From Nitrospirota bacterium (GTDB lineage: Bacteria; Nitrospirota; UBA9217), in assembly GCA_963751455.1 (NCBI GenBank), contig CAVVUN010000015.1, positions 512,001-576,000 on the forward strand: a DNA stretch of 64,000 bases, written 5' to 3'. A program made the translations under genes and the position numbers. The notes beneath the pieces are model-generated. The model did not search any database and had not been told where the DNA came from. It saw nothing but the letters and a program-made list of their open reading frames with translations. Each line of letters begins with the position of its first letter. Position 1 is the first letter of the stretch. Below, piece after piece: positions 49,447 to 59,038 of this stretch.

Positions 49447-49607
49447 TGACAGCTTTTTACATGTGCAACACTATGAAACTGTTGATTTGTCTTGATTTTT
49501 TTGCATTTTTATTATATTCTCGGTTAGATAAGACATGACTCCCTCTTTCCCCTCGCCCTCCGCGAGAGGTTCCCGTGAGGGAGAACCAGATTATGGGAGG
49601 ATATACC

Positions 49608-50537
49608 ATGCTGCAAAAGTTTTTTTCCGTCCTATCAATCGCGTTGTTCATGCCTGCGCTATCGATGGGTACCGGGACCGCGTTGGCTCAAGAGCAGGAG
49701 ATGATCATCGTCAAATACGGCTCTGTTTTTATCAAGAGTTCGGAACCGGGCGCAAAAGTCTATATTGACGACAACTACAAGGGCACATCCGACAATGTTA
49801 TAGAGAGCGTTGTTGTTGGCGACCACGTCGTTTCGTGCAAATTCGGAGATACGGCAGTGAGCGGCTCGTTTCAGATTAAGAAGAATGAAACGCTCAGGCT
49901 CAACGCGCTTTTTGACGAAGGAAAGCTTGTTCTCCTCAGGGAGCGTGAACCGGTAAAAGAAGAGGTTGAAAAGAAAAAGCCGGAACCGCTGAAGGTGGAA
50001 AAGCCGAAAAAGCCGGTCGTAGAGACCAAAAAGGTCGAGCAAATAAATTCTGTTGAAGAACGGCGCAAGAAGCAGCTCACGGTGATGAAAATCGATTATG
50101 AATTTAACGAGCAGAAGATGCAGATTGCACATGCAGCATGTTCCATGGTGAGCAAATATCTGGAAAAGAAGGACAGGGCCGGGAAATATTATCGGACAAA
50201 ACAGGGTGTGCTGCTGTGCGATGCGGGTCCCTGCGATTTAACATGGTCCGCGTCATTCCTGTATACCGACGAGACCGGAAAGCCGGATGCGGTGCTGTGC
50301 AACTGGAAAGAGACCGTATTTAACGGAATCACTCCCGCCGGTACAAGCAGACGGGAACTGGAATGCTGTTTGAACGGACAGTGCCGCAAACTGCAGGACA
50401 CGTCGGTGACGGACGTAAAAAACGAATCCGAACTGGGACGCTTCAGCCTGAACTGGTCAAAGACATCCCTGGTCATCAGGCGTTCGGACATCATGAAAGA
50501 AATCGTCGATGCCGGACGTTCTTTGGCTGATTACTAA
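49608..50537 (+). CDS. Exported PEGA-domain protein with Cys-rich C-terminal domain
   Basis: Signal peptide, GSVFIKSSEPGAKVYID...G.H, Lys/Glu/Pro linker; GGAGG RBS. Confidence 0.75.
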   Translation: MLQKFFSVLSIALFMPALSMGTGTALAQEQEMIIVKYGSVFIKSSEPGAKVYIDDNYKGTSDNVIESVVVGDHVVSCKFGDTAVSGSFQIKKNETLRLNALFDEGKLVLLREREPVKEEVEKKKPEPLKVEKPKKPVVETKKVEQINSVEERRKKQLTVMKIDYEFNEQKMQIAHAACSMVSKYLEKKDRAGKYYRTKQGVLLCDAGPCDLTWSASFLYTDETGKPDAVLCNWKETVFNGITPAGTSRRELECCLNGQCRKLQDTSVTDVKNESELGRFSLNWSKTSLVIRRSDIMKEIVDAGRSLADY

Positions 50538-50702
50538 ATAGTTCTGCAATAGACAAATATATCAGAATCCCCCTCGTGCCTTTCAGGCTGAGGGGGATTT
50601 TTTTTGAGCAAACAAAGATGCGGGCTGAGACAGGTGATCGGCGATCTGAAGATGAAAGGGGCTTGTAGAAGGTGAATATTCACATAATCCTAAAAAAAGC
50701 AT

Positions 50703-50849
50703 TTGGGACGCAGAAAAATCGGATAAACGCAGATAAGGTCGGATAAAAAAACGTTCTTGTATCGTAAAAGCAGTCACCCTGCGGGTGAATTTTTTTCTCT
50801 AAAAATTCTTTTGTTTGATCTGCGGTTATCTGCGTTCATCTGCGCCCAA
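50703..50849. repeat. CGCAGAT-family inverted-repeat element
   Basis: TTGGGACGCAGA...CGCAGAT mirrored by ATCTGCGG TTATCTGCG TTCATCTGCGCCCAA. Confidence 0.75.
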
Positions 50850-50951
50850 CTGCCGTTTTCAGGATAATAATAATCCGGGCAGGTGAATAGTACCTTTACA
50901 GACCGTTGGAAAAACGGTATAAACGATACAAGGTAATTGAGGGCCGAATTC

Positions 50952-51176
50952 ATGGTGATTAAATCAGTCGATATCAAGCAGCTTGAAGCAGTGGTGGTCT
51001 GGAAGCTTTGCCCGAAATGCGCGATTGGTCTCGTCCATGAGACGGGAAAGAGGGTTTATCGTTGTGACCATGCCAGGTGCGCGGCAGTATTCGATTATTC
51101 TCCTTTTTCGGACAGTATGATCGATGGATTGCTCCAGAGAAAAGGAGAGATATCCGTACAAGGCAAGAAAATTTAG
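50952..51176 (+). CDS. Small zinc-ribbon-like hypothetical protein, 74 aa
   Basis: CPKC...YRCDHARC pattern; isolated intergenic ORF. Confidence 0.5.
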   Translation: MVIKSVDIKQLEAVVVWKLCPKCAIGLVHETGKRVYRCDHARCAAVFDYSPFSDSMIDGLLQRKGEISVQGKKI

Positions 51177-51390
51177 ACCTTAGTACGCGAGTAAGCGGCT
51201 TTCTCTTGCCAGGCAAGTATTCTTCGCTCCCGGCTGCTTAAATATCCGGCATTATCGTTTCTCCCCCCTTTGTATTCCCCCTTCTTGAGTGTAAGAAGGG
51301 GGAATTTTTATTTCAAGAAGGATATATTTATCGGTTTGTGCGGATTTATAACTGGGTTTTAAAGAAATCAGAGATGTGACTGCCCGGGCG

Positions 51391-52440
51391 TCAGATTATT
51401 GAAGCAGTTTCAGCCCGAAGCTGTCCACACGCCGCATGAATGTCTTTACCCCTGCTGTTTCTCACTACAGCGACAAAACCGTGCCTGAGCAGGATATTCC
51501 GGAATTCATAGACCCGCTTTTCGTCGGGATGTTCGAAGGCTGCGCCGGGAAAGGGGTTAAACATAAGCACATTGATCATGCAGGGAAGACCTGTCAGCAG
51601 CTCCATAAGGCGGGCAGCGTCCTCATCGGAATCGTTCAGTCCTTTAAAAAGGACATATTCGATCGTAACCGTATTCGCGGTCACTTTGCAGTAATAATGG
51701 AGCGCCTGTATCAGACGAGCGATAGGATACGTGCGGTTCACCGGCATGATCCTGTCCCGCAGGTCGTCTGTGGTCGCATTCAACGAAACCGCCAGGCTTG
51801 CGTCCATCCCGGGATCGTCCGCCATCCGTTCGACAGCAGAAGCAAGCCCGCATGTCGAAATGGTCACTTTCCTGTTCGAATACCCCATCCCTTCCTGGTC
51901 CGTCATCATCTGCACAAACGATCTGACCGCGTCATAGTTGCTGAGCGGCTCTCCGGTGCCCATGAGCACAACGTTTGTGATACGGGGGCGCGTAATCTTC
52001 TGCGCTGCAAAGACCTGGTTCACAATCTCCGCGGCGGTCAGGTTCCGTACAAGCCCTTTTTCGCCCGTCCTGCAGAAGAGGCACCCTGATGCGCACCCGA
52101 CCTGCGTCGAGACGCAGAGCGTCAGCCTTCCGGGACCCGGGATGAGCACGCCTTCAACGGAATTGCCGTCGTCGAGCCGAAAAAGCAATTTCTCGGTCCC
52201 ATCCTCGGAACTCTTCCGCTTGTCTATTGCAAGCTGCGAGATAGTGCAATAGCGCTTCAATCGCTCCCGGAACGGCTTGTTCAGATCCGCCATGGCATCG
52301 AATTCTTCCATCCGCCTCCGAAAAAGCCAGACAGACACACGTGTTCCCTGGCCGGGCTTCTGTCCGAGATGCCTGGTACAGTAATCGTCTATCTCATCAG
52401 GGGTGAGCGCTTTGAGGTCGATAGTATCCATACGCTGCAC
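51391..52440 (-). CDS. rlmN: RlmN-family radical SAM RNA methyltransferase
   Basis: CVSTQVGCASGCLFC, RNLTAAEI, MGTGEP, SLNA, IEYVL, AACGQL. Confidence 0.88.
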   Translation of the reverse strand: MQRMDTIDLKALTPDEIDDYCTRHLGQKPGQGTRVSVWLFRRRMEEFDAMADLNKPFRERLKRYCTISQLAIDKRKSSEDGTEKLLFRLDDGNSVEGVLIPGPGRLTLCVSTQVGCASGCLFCRTGEKGLVRNLTAAEIVNQVFAAQKITRPRITNVVLMGTGEPLSNYDAVRSFVQMMTDQEGMGYSNRKVTISTCGLASAVERMADDPGMDASLAVSLNATTDDLRDRIMPVNRTYPIARLIQALHYYCKVTANTVTIEYVLFKGLNDSDEDAARLMELLTGLPCMINVLMFNPFPGAAFEHPDEKRVYEFRNILLRHGFVAVVRNSRGKDIHAACGQLRAETASII

Positions 52441-52629
52441 TGATTTTAATGCTTGTTTTTAACCAAAGCAAGAGGTTTGTTCGAAAATGCATTGACCCCG
52501 CTGTTGCATAATTATGTTGGACGACAAAACGCTTGCTTGAATCGTACAATGCAGTGAACCCAATCCGCCAATGAGTTTCTGCAGCAACGGGGTTGACATG
52601 TCTGACATGAAAGTGCTATGAAATGCACT

Positions 52630-53076
52630 ATGAAGGCATTGCTGCAGAGAGTATCCTTCGCAAAGGTCGAAATCGACGGAAAGCTCATCTCCGGGATAGG
52701 GAAAGGGCTTCTCGTGTTTCTGTGCGCGGTCAGGGGAGACACGGAGAAAGATCTCGACTATACTATAAAAAAGGTATTGCAGGTCAGAATATTCGGGGAC
52801 GAACAGGGGAAGATGAATCTTTCTGTTCTCGATATCAAAGGTGAAGTGCTGGTAGTTTCGCAATTCACGCTCGCCGCCTTTACCCGCAAGGGCAACCGGC
52901 CCTCCTTTGAGGATGCAGAAGAGCCGGGACAGGCCAAGAAGATGTACGAGGCATTCGTCGAATGACTCAAGGAAACGGGTCTTGTCGTAAAGACGGGTGA
53001 GTTTGCGGCAATGATGGCGGTATCTCTTGTGAATGACGGACCGGTTACGATACCGATCGATTCACGGGAAAGGTGA
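52630..53076 (+). pseudogene. dtd: D-aminoacyl-tRNA deacylase interrupted by an in-frame TGA at 52963-52965
   Basis: MKALLQRV, RIF.D..GKMN, VSQFTL, KGNRPSF before the stop; [18 protein letters not shown] continues in frame after it. Confidence 0.85.
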
Positions 53077-53083
53077 AACAATT

Positions 53084-54021
53084 ATGCCGTCCTTCAAAAT
53101 GACTGGCACGCATACGGCTCATCAGGAACCGGCCCCGCTATCGACAAAAGCGCCTAACAAAATCGCTAGAGTATTTTTTCAAAAGATCACGATGCCGGTA
53201 ACGTTCCTCGCTATCCTTAGCCTCTCAGGCTGCACCTATCTTTTTTCAAACCCACGAAGGACCTTGCTGACGATCCCGACGTACGGAAGTTCGGTCCCAA
53301 GGATGTATATTTCAAGAGCAGCGACAATGTGGAGCTGCACGGCTGGTATTTGCGCGCAAGAGGCGAAGAGCGCGGAACGATCCTGGTATGCCATGGAAAC
53401 GTCGAGAACATAAGCACGCACGTAAAGCTCGATTTATGGCTTGTCGATGCAGGCTATAATCTGTTCATCTTCGATTATCGGGGATACGGGAAATCGGACG
53501 GTGTCCCCGACGTGACCGGCATCCATCTTGATGCGGCAGCCGCCCTCGAGACACTCGTAAACTCATTGCCGCGCTCAAAAAACGACGCCGTTATTGTTCT
53601 GGGCAAAAGCCTCGGAGGGGCAGTCGCGGCCTATACTGTGGCGAACTCGCCATTCCGGAACCGGGTCAAGGCGCTCGTCCTCGACAGCGCCTTCTCGAGC
53701 TACCGCATGATCGCCCGCGAGAAGATCGCGGAGTCCGTCATCGGCTGGCCCTTTCAGTATCCCTTGTCGCTGCTCGTAAACAATGATTATAGCCCTGTTG
53801 ACTGGATCAGCAAGGTTTCTCCGATTCCGGTGTTGATCGTGCATGGATACGATGACTTGATAGTGCCTGAACATCACTCAGAGATACTGTATAAAGCTGC
53901 CTTGCGGCCCAAACAATTATGGGATCTCAAGATACGCGGACATGTGAAGTCCTGTACCGATGAAGATACCAGAAAAAGGCTGCTGCAGTATTTCTCCGCT
54001 TTACCTTCAACCGATCGATAA
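53084..54021 (+). pseudogene. Alpha/beta hydrolase lipoprotein with a frameshift at a T6 run (53241-53246)
   Basis: Lipobox SLSGC-TYLF; adding one T gives FKPTKDL...DVYFKSSDNVELHGW, then HGN, DYRGYGKS, GKSLGG, VHG.DD. Confidence 0.8.
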
Positions 54022-54229
54022 AATCCGCCGACATAGTGGTTGCTATCGCACGGAAACTTCTTTTTCATCTCCATTATTAAAATCTAGCATTCCAGTCACG
54101 CGGTAATTAATAAACTAAAGTATTAGAAAACTCTGATTAGGAATAAATGTGTTTCGGGCGATTGACTTTAACCCAAAAATAATGTTTAATATTTGGTTGG
54201 TGAGATGCATATCGTAATGGAGGTGGTTT

Positions 54230-55189
54230 ATGAAATGCGAAAGCCTATCGGAGCGAACTATCGGCAAGAGCCGGATTCTTCTTGCTGAAGACAATATTGC
54301 GCAGGCCGGCATTCTGAAGTGTCTGCTTGAGGACATCGGCCACGAGGTGATTCTCGTAGAAGACGGCGTGTCGGTTTTTGAAGCCGTCAATAGACAGAAT
54401 CCGGACGTCATCCTCCTTGATCGCTTGCTATCGGATATCGATGGAACAAATATCTGCCGCCGCCTGAAGCAGAACAGCGATACGAGCGGCATCCCGATTA
54501 TAATGCTGACCGAAGGGGGTACGCTGTCCGACAAGGTAACCGGCCTGGCTGCGGGCGCTGATGATTATATTCCCAAACAATGCCATGATGCGGAATTGAG
54601 CGCCGTTATCTGCGCCAGACTCAGAACAAAATCCGAATGGGACGAGTTGAAACAGAAAACCCGGAAACTGCAGGAAACGCTCAGAGAGGTGGAAACGCTT
54701 GCGCATGTGGACCCGTTGACCGGGCTTTGCAACCGAAGGCGATTTGATGAAGTTTTTTCCGTTGAATTTAAACGGGCGATCCGATACCGTCAGCCCTTGA
54801 GCTGCCTGCTTTTGGATATCGATCATTTTAAAAACGTGAATGATACATACGGTCACGGGACAGGCGATCGGGTGCTGTGCGATACCGTAAAACTTATACA
54901 AAAAAGCATCCGTGATGTCGACATGGCCGCGCGATGGGGCGGCGAAGAGTTTGTTGTACTGAGCCCGAACGTTCCAAAAGAAAAGGCATTAGTCGTCGGA
55001 GAGAGAATCAGAAAGGCGGTATCAGGGCATACCTTCAGGGGTATTGAGAAAGGCGTCACCATAAGTATAGGCATCGCAAGCGTTCCCGATCCGTTCATCA
55101 ATACCACCCAGCACCTGATCCAGACAGCCGACGCGGCCCTGTATGATGCGAAAAAGAACGGAAGAAACAGGGTAAAGATTGCGGATTGA
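54230..55189 (+). CDS. Response regulator-diguanylate cyclase (REC-GGDEF)
   Basis: AEDN, ILLD, MLT, K; DPLTGLCNRR, DIDHFK.VND.YGH, RDVD I-site, GGEEF. Confidence 0.92.
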   Translation: MKCESLSERTIGKSRILLAEDNIAQAGILKCLLEDIGHEVILVEDGVSVFEAVNRQNPDVILLDRLLSDIDGTNICRRLKQNSDTSGIPIIMLTEGGTLSDKVTGLAAGADDYIPKQCHDAELSAVICARLRTKSEWDELKQKTRKLQETLREVETLAHVDPLTGLCNRRRFDEVFSVEFKRAIRYRQPLSCLLLDIDHFKNVNDTYGHGTGDRVLCDTVKLIQKSIRDVDMAARWGGEEFVVLSPNVPKEKALVVGERIRKAVSGHTFRGIEKGVTISIGIASVPDPFINTTQHLIQTADAALYDAKKNGRNRVKIAD

Positions 55190-55319
55190 GCCGTGCAGTA
55201 TTTTTCCGGCCCGCTTGAAGGAATTCCAGTAATAACAGTTTAAACCGTCACCCCAGCATATCTTCAGTCAAGATGCCGTATCTTCTGCTTTAACAATTGG
55301 ATCTCTTGTAAAATCCTCC

Positions 55320-55348
55320 TTGACAATCAAGCACTTTGTCTTTATTAT
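55320..55348 (+). promoter_or_regulatory. Sigma70 promoter of tRNA-Leu
   Basis: TTGACA-17 bp-TATTAT. Confidence 0.7.
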
Positions 55349-55365
55349 TACCACTTGTCGTGACT

Positions 55366-55452
55366 GCCGAAGTGGTGGAACTGGTAGACGCGCTGCGTTC
55401 AGGGCGCAGTGGGAGCAATCCCGTGGGGGTTCGAGTCCCCCCTTCGGCACCA
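55366..55452 (+). tRNA. tRNA-Leu (anticodon CAG)
   Basis: GCCGAAG/CTTCGGC acceptor stem, anticodon arm CTGCG-TTCAGGG-CGCAG, long variable arm, GTTCGAGT T-loop, ACCA end. Confidence 0.97.
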
Positions 55453-55549
55453 ATTTCTATAAAACATAACACATGCTCGATTCAAAGAAAATCGAGATTC
55501 CATTGTCCACGATCCTATTTGGTGCGTGCTGTCCAAATTATCCCTTCCT

Positions 55550-56290
55550 ATGAGAAAAATTATTTATCTGTTTATGCTTGCCCTTTCTGTTGCGCTTCTC
55601 GGAGGCTGTGCCGAGAAGCAGGAGCCCTTTGATCCTGTTGCCGTTTTCAGCTCGGCAGAGAAACATATGCGCGAAGAGTCGTTCGAAAAGGCGCGCAAGG
55701 AGTACCAGGAGATACAGGAAAAATCGCCGGACAAGAGCTATGACGCGGCTCTCATGCTCAGGATCGCGGACACCTATTTCGGCGAGGAGAAATACGAGGA
55801 AGCCCTGGTCGAGTACCGGGCGTTCCTGAACTTTCATCCCGTCAACAAAGATGCGGTCTATGCTCAGTATCAGATCGCGATGTGCAGCTTCAAGCAGGTG
55901 TCCACCATTGATCGAGACCCGGAGCCCACCCGGACCGCGCTCAAGGAGTTTCGCATTCTCCTTGACAAGTATCCTAACAGCGCATACGAAGAGCAGGCCG
56001 CGAAGAACATCTCGATCTGCCTGGACCGCCTGGCTGAATATGAGCTCTACGTCGGACATTTCTACTATAAAAAGAAAGAATATAAAGCGGCGGTCGGCAG
56101 GCTCGATGCGCTTCTTCGCGATTACCCGGGTTCTTCCGCTGAAAAAGACGCGCTCTATTACGACGGGCTTGCATGGGCTGAATTGGGTGACAAAGCGAGG
56201 GCGAAGGCTGTTCTCGAGACTCTCATGAAGAAATATCCCTCAATGCAGGCGAGCGCAAAGCCGGTCCTGGACCGCCTTACCAGTCAGTAA
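55550..56290 (+). CDS. bamD: Outer membrane protein assembly factor BamD
   Basis: Lipobox LGGC, TPRs, FLNFHP....YAQY, DRDPE.T..A, YPNS.Y, LAEYELYVGHFY. Confidence 0.88.
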   Translation: MRKIIYLFMLALSVALLGGCAEKQEPFDPVAVFSSAEKHMREESFEKARKEYQEIQEKSPDKSYDAALMLRIADTYFGEEKYEEALVEYRAFLNFHPVNKDAVYAQYQIAMCSFKQVSTIDRDPEPTRTALKEFRILLDKYPNSAYEEQAAKNISICLDRLAEYELYVGHFYYKKKEYKAAVGRLDALLRDYPGSSAEKDALYYDGLAWAELGDKARAKAVLETLMKKYPSMQASAKPVLDRLTSQ

Positions 56291-56407
56291 ATTCCGCCCT
56301 TATCCATTCGCCCGGGAAATACGCAAAAAAGCTGAGCGCTCAGTTTTGAGCATTATCTAACCCGGCATTTTTGTCTTCTCGCTTTTGCGGCAAATTTGAT
56401 TCCGTTT

Positions 56408-57046
56408 ATGAAATACTATCCTGTATATCTCGATCTGCGTGAACGACCCTGCGTGGTGGCCGGCGGCGGCCGGGTGGCGGAGCGCAAGGTGCTCTCGCTT
56501 CTGGAAGCAGGGGGAAGTGTGACCGTTGTTAGCCCCAGCCTGACGCTGAAACTTGAAGATCTTTCCTCCTCGGGAAAGATAACCCATCATTCGCGGCTCT
56601 TCCAGGAATCCGACTTGACCGGCGCCTATATAGTGGTTGCGGCCACGGGAAGTCTGCAGTTGAACGCAGAAATCGGGAGATCCTGCAGAAAAAAACATAT
56701 CCTCGTAAACGTAGCAGCTCCCCCAACTGAAAGCACGTTTATCGTACCATCCGTTGTTGACCGCGGAGCTCTTCTGATTGCCATTTCAACAAGCGGCGAA
56801 AGCCCTGCCCTGGCGAAGCGGATACGCGGGAAGCTGGAGAAGGAATTCGGACCGGAGTACGATCTCCTTCTTCACAAGATGTCCATCCTGAGGAGCAGGC
56901 TTATGGCTCACGTCGGGGAAGAAGCGGAACGGAACCGGATACTGAACGCTGTTGCCGATTCCGACGTCATCGAGCTGCTGCGCGACGGAAAGATGCATGA
57001 GGCGGATCTTGAGATTGCGCGGATTTCGGGATTGAAACAACTGTAG
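56408..57046 (+). CDS. Precorrin-2 dehydrogenase/sirohydrochlorin ferrochelatase (CysG N-terminal/Met8-like)
   Basis: YYPVYLDL, GGGRVAERK, AAT, VNVA, IAISTSGESPALAKRIR. Confidence 0.92.
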   Translation: MKYYPVYLDLRERPCVVAGGGRVAERKVLSLLEAGGSVTVVSPSLTLKLEDLSSSGKITHHSRLFQESDLTGAYIVVAATGSLQLNAEIGRSCRKKHILVNVAAPPTESTFIVPSVVDRGALLIAISTSGESPALAKRIRGKLEKEFGPEYDLLLHKMSILRSRLMAHVGEEAERNRILNAVADSDVIELLRDGKMHEADLEIARISGLKQL

Positions 57047-57154
57047 GCTTATGGAGAATAGACGACGGCGGGCAAAGGACGCAGGAAGAGGGTTAGGGTT
57101 TTTGCTGCCAGATCCTAGTGAGCCTCTGCCGGGCGCTTACGTCGCCTTTTATCA

Positions 57155-58714
57155 TCACGGCTTAGAATCAGTTTCTGCTGAAGTTCCCCCTGCTGCCTTC
57201 AGCGCTTCCTTGATCTTTTCGGACCCGGGGTTCTCCCGCAATGCCGACTTGTATACATCGATAGCCTTGGCCGTAAGCCCGGATCCGAGGTAGAGCTTTG
57301 CGAGTGTGAGGTTGTATTCCGGATTTCGCGGGTCCATCGCTACAGCCTTTTTGATGTTTTCTTCGGCTTCATGAAGTCGGCGGGGAATGTGCATAAGCGC
57401 AATTCCGTATTGATAGAAGTGCTGGGGCTTGGCCGGATCGAGCCTGACTGCGCTGGTGAAAAACTCGGCAGCTCCCCAGAAGTTGCCCATTTTCAAATCC
57501 TTCATCCCTGCTTCGAAATAAGCGTCGGCTTGTCCGGATTTTTTCTCCGGTGCAGTCTCCTGACTCCCGGCGCTCGCCTCGGTATTTCGCTGTTTCTCGG
57601 GTTCCCTGGCAGCGGCCGCGTCGTATTCCTGGCGTCTAGCCGGGTTGCTCAAGGTCTCATATGCATCGTGGACATAGGAAAACAGAACATTCAGCTTCTC
57701 CTTCATCTCGGCCATCTCGGCTTCAAAGTGCCTGTCAGGATGATAGATTTTTGCAAGCCTGAAGTATGCTTTTTTCAGATCGATGGCGGCCACGTTTCTG
57801 GCCACGCCGAGCGCCTGGTAATAGTCCTGTTTCTTCAGGGCGTCAAACGCATCCTGTATCGTCTGTGCCGTTATTGGAGGCGGGGTAGTCGCATCGAGAG
57901 GCGTCTTCGGCTGCTCTGCCCTTGCCTGTTTTCCAGCTGAAATCGTATCGTGGACGACCTCACGGACGAAGCTCTTTTCTTCATCGGTCTTGAGCTCGCC
58001 CGCCTCGACCAACTTCAATGCGAGCAGTACATAGATCGACTTCAGGCTGTTGAAGTCTCCCATATCCGATAATGAGCAGATCTGTTCGATGGTCTTGTTC
58101 CCGTCGATCAACGAGAATATTTTGAGCTGGTCCTGTTCAAGATCAGCGTTTTGAAAAAGAACGGTCGGATCGACCGAAGGACGGAGCGTGGTCTTGAGAG
58201 ACGGCAGCGCCCTGGAGAGATGCTTCCAGTCAAGGCAGCGCACGCCCTCGAGGATGATGTTCCCGGTGCTCAGCGGGAGCGGTACGATTTCGGAGGAGGG
58301 AAGAGCGTTTTCTTCAAAGACATACCGCCCCTGTCGCCACGTGAACAGGTTCAGGATGATCTGCTTCAACTGGAGCTTTACCGCAGGGATTAGATCGCCG
58401 GGCGAGATGAAGCCGAGCTCGATAAGGACGGCCGGCAGCTTTTTCCCGGTTTGTTTAATGATCTCCGCCGAGGCCTCGAACTGCGGACGGGTGATTCGTC
58501 CGCAGCGGAGCAGGCATTCTCCGAGCCGATCTTCATCAAGGTTAGAGGACGCGAAGATTATGTCTCCCCCCCGAATAAAAATTTTTATGATATCGGTACT
58601 CCGCGAGAAGGTTACCGTACCGGTTTTGTTTTCCGAGTGAAGGCTTTGAAGCAGCCAGGGAACGGTCATGCCCCTGATATCGGCAGAGGATTCGATCATA
58701 GTATTGTTAACCAC
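57155..58714 (-). CDS. DUF4388 + DnaJ (HPD) + TPR domain protein
   Basis: N-terminal LLQSL....KTG...G.IIFASS...RLGE..LFTW..G; DYYQALGV...KKAYFRLAKIYHPD...AYETL; C-terminal TPRs. Confidence 0.85.
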   Translation of the reverse strand: MVNNTMIESSADIRGMTVPWLLQSLHSENKTGTVTFSRSTDIIKIFIRGGDIIFASSNLDEDRLGECLLRCGRITRPQFEASAEIIKQTGKKLPAVLIELGFISPGDLIPAVKLQLKQIILNLFTWRQGRYVFEENALPSSEIVPLPLSTGNIILEGVRCLDWKHLSRALPSLKTTLRPSVDPTVLFQNADLEQDQLKIFSLIDGNKTIEQICSLSDMGDFNSLKSIYVLLALKLVEAGELKTDEEKSFVREVVHDTISAGKQARAEQPKTPLDATTPPPITAQTIQDAFDALKKQDYYQALGVARNVAAIDLKKAYFRLAKIYHPDRHFEAEMAEMKEKLNVLFSYVHDAYETLSNPARRQEYDAAAAREPEKQRNTEASAGSQETAPEKKSGQADAYFEAGMKDLKMGNFWGAAEFFTSAVRLDPAKPQHFYQYGIALMHIPRRLHEAEENIKKAVAMDPRNPEYNLTLAKLYLGSGLTAKAIDVYKSALRENPGSEKIKEALKAAGGTSAETDSKP

Positions 58715-58911
58715 GGAGAACGGTGGGAAGATGATTGCTATTATAGCATTTTTGACCCGGAGAAGGAATGCTTTATATTAATAATCAGCGGCCGGAAATC
58801 CAGCTCCTCGTCCAGGAGATTGCCGGACACGAGCGCCAGCAAAGAGTAGTTGACTCCAGTTTGTGTTCTTACTATACTTTAAAAGAGTCATTTTTTATCC
58901 AAAACGAAGCA

Positions 58912-59038
58912 GAAGACCACGTGGCGCTAGCCCGTGGTTGAATGCGTCCCTCTTGTTTCCCTCCTCCTTCAGGGGGAGTTAGGAGGGGGTGCTTCTTTTG
59001 AATTCAAGTGCCACGGGCGTAAGCCCGTGGGTATCTAC
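58912..59038. repeat. REP-like inverted doublet enclosing a C/G-run palindrome
   Basis: CCACG(T)GGC..GCCCGTGG-TTGAAT ... ATTCAA-..CCACGGGC-GTAA-GCCCGTGG..CTAC (GTAG on the minus strand); CCCTCCT...AGGAGGG in the centre. Confidence 0.7.

Noticed and set aside
55366-55550. tRNA-Leu as an island or prophage attachment site
   Set aside because: No integrase and no duplicated tRNA 3' end were seen; bamD follows directly.
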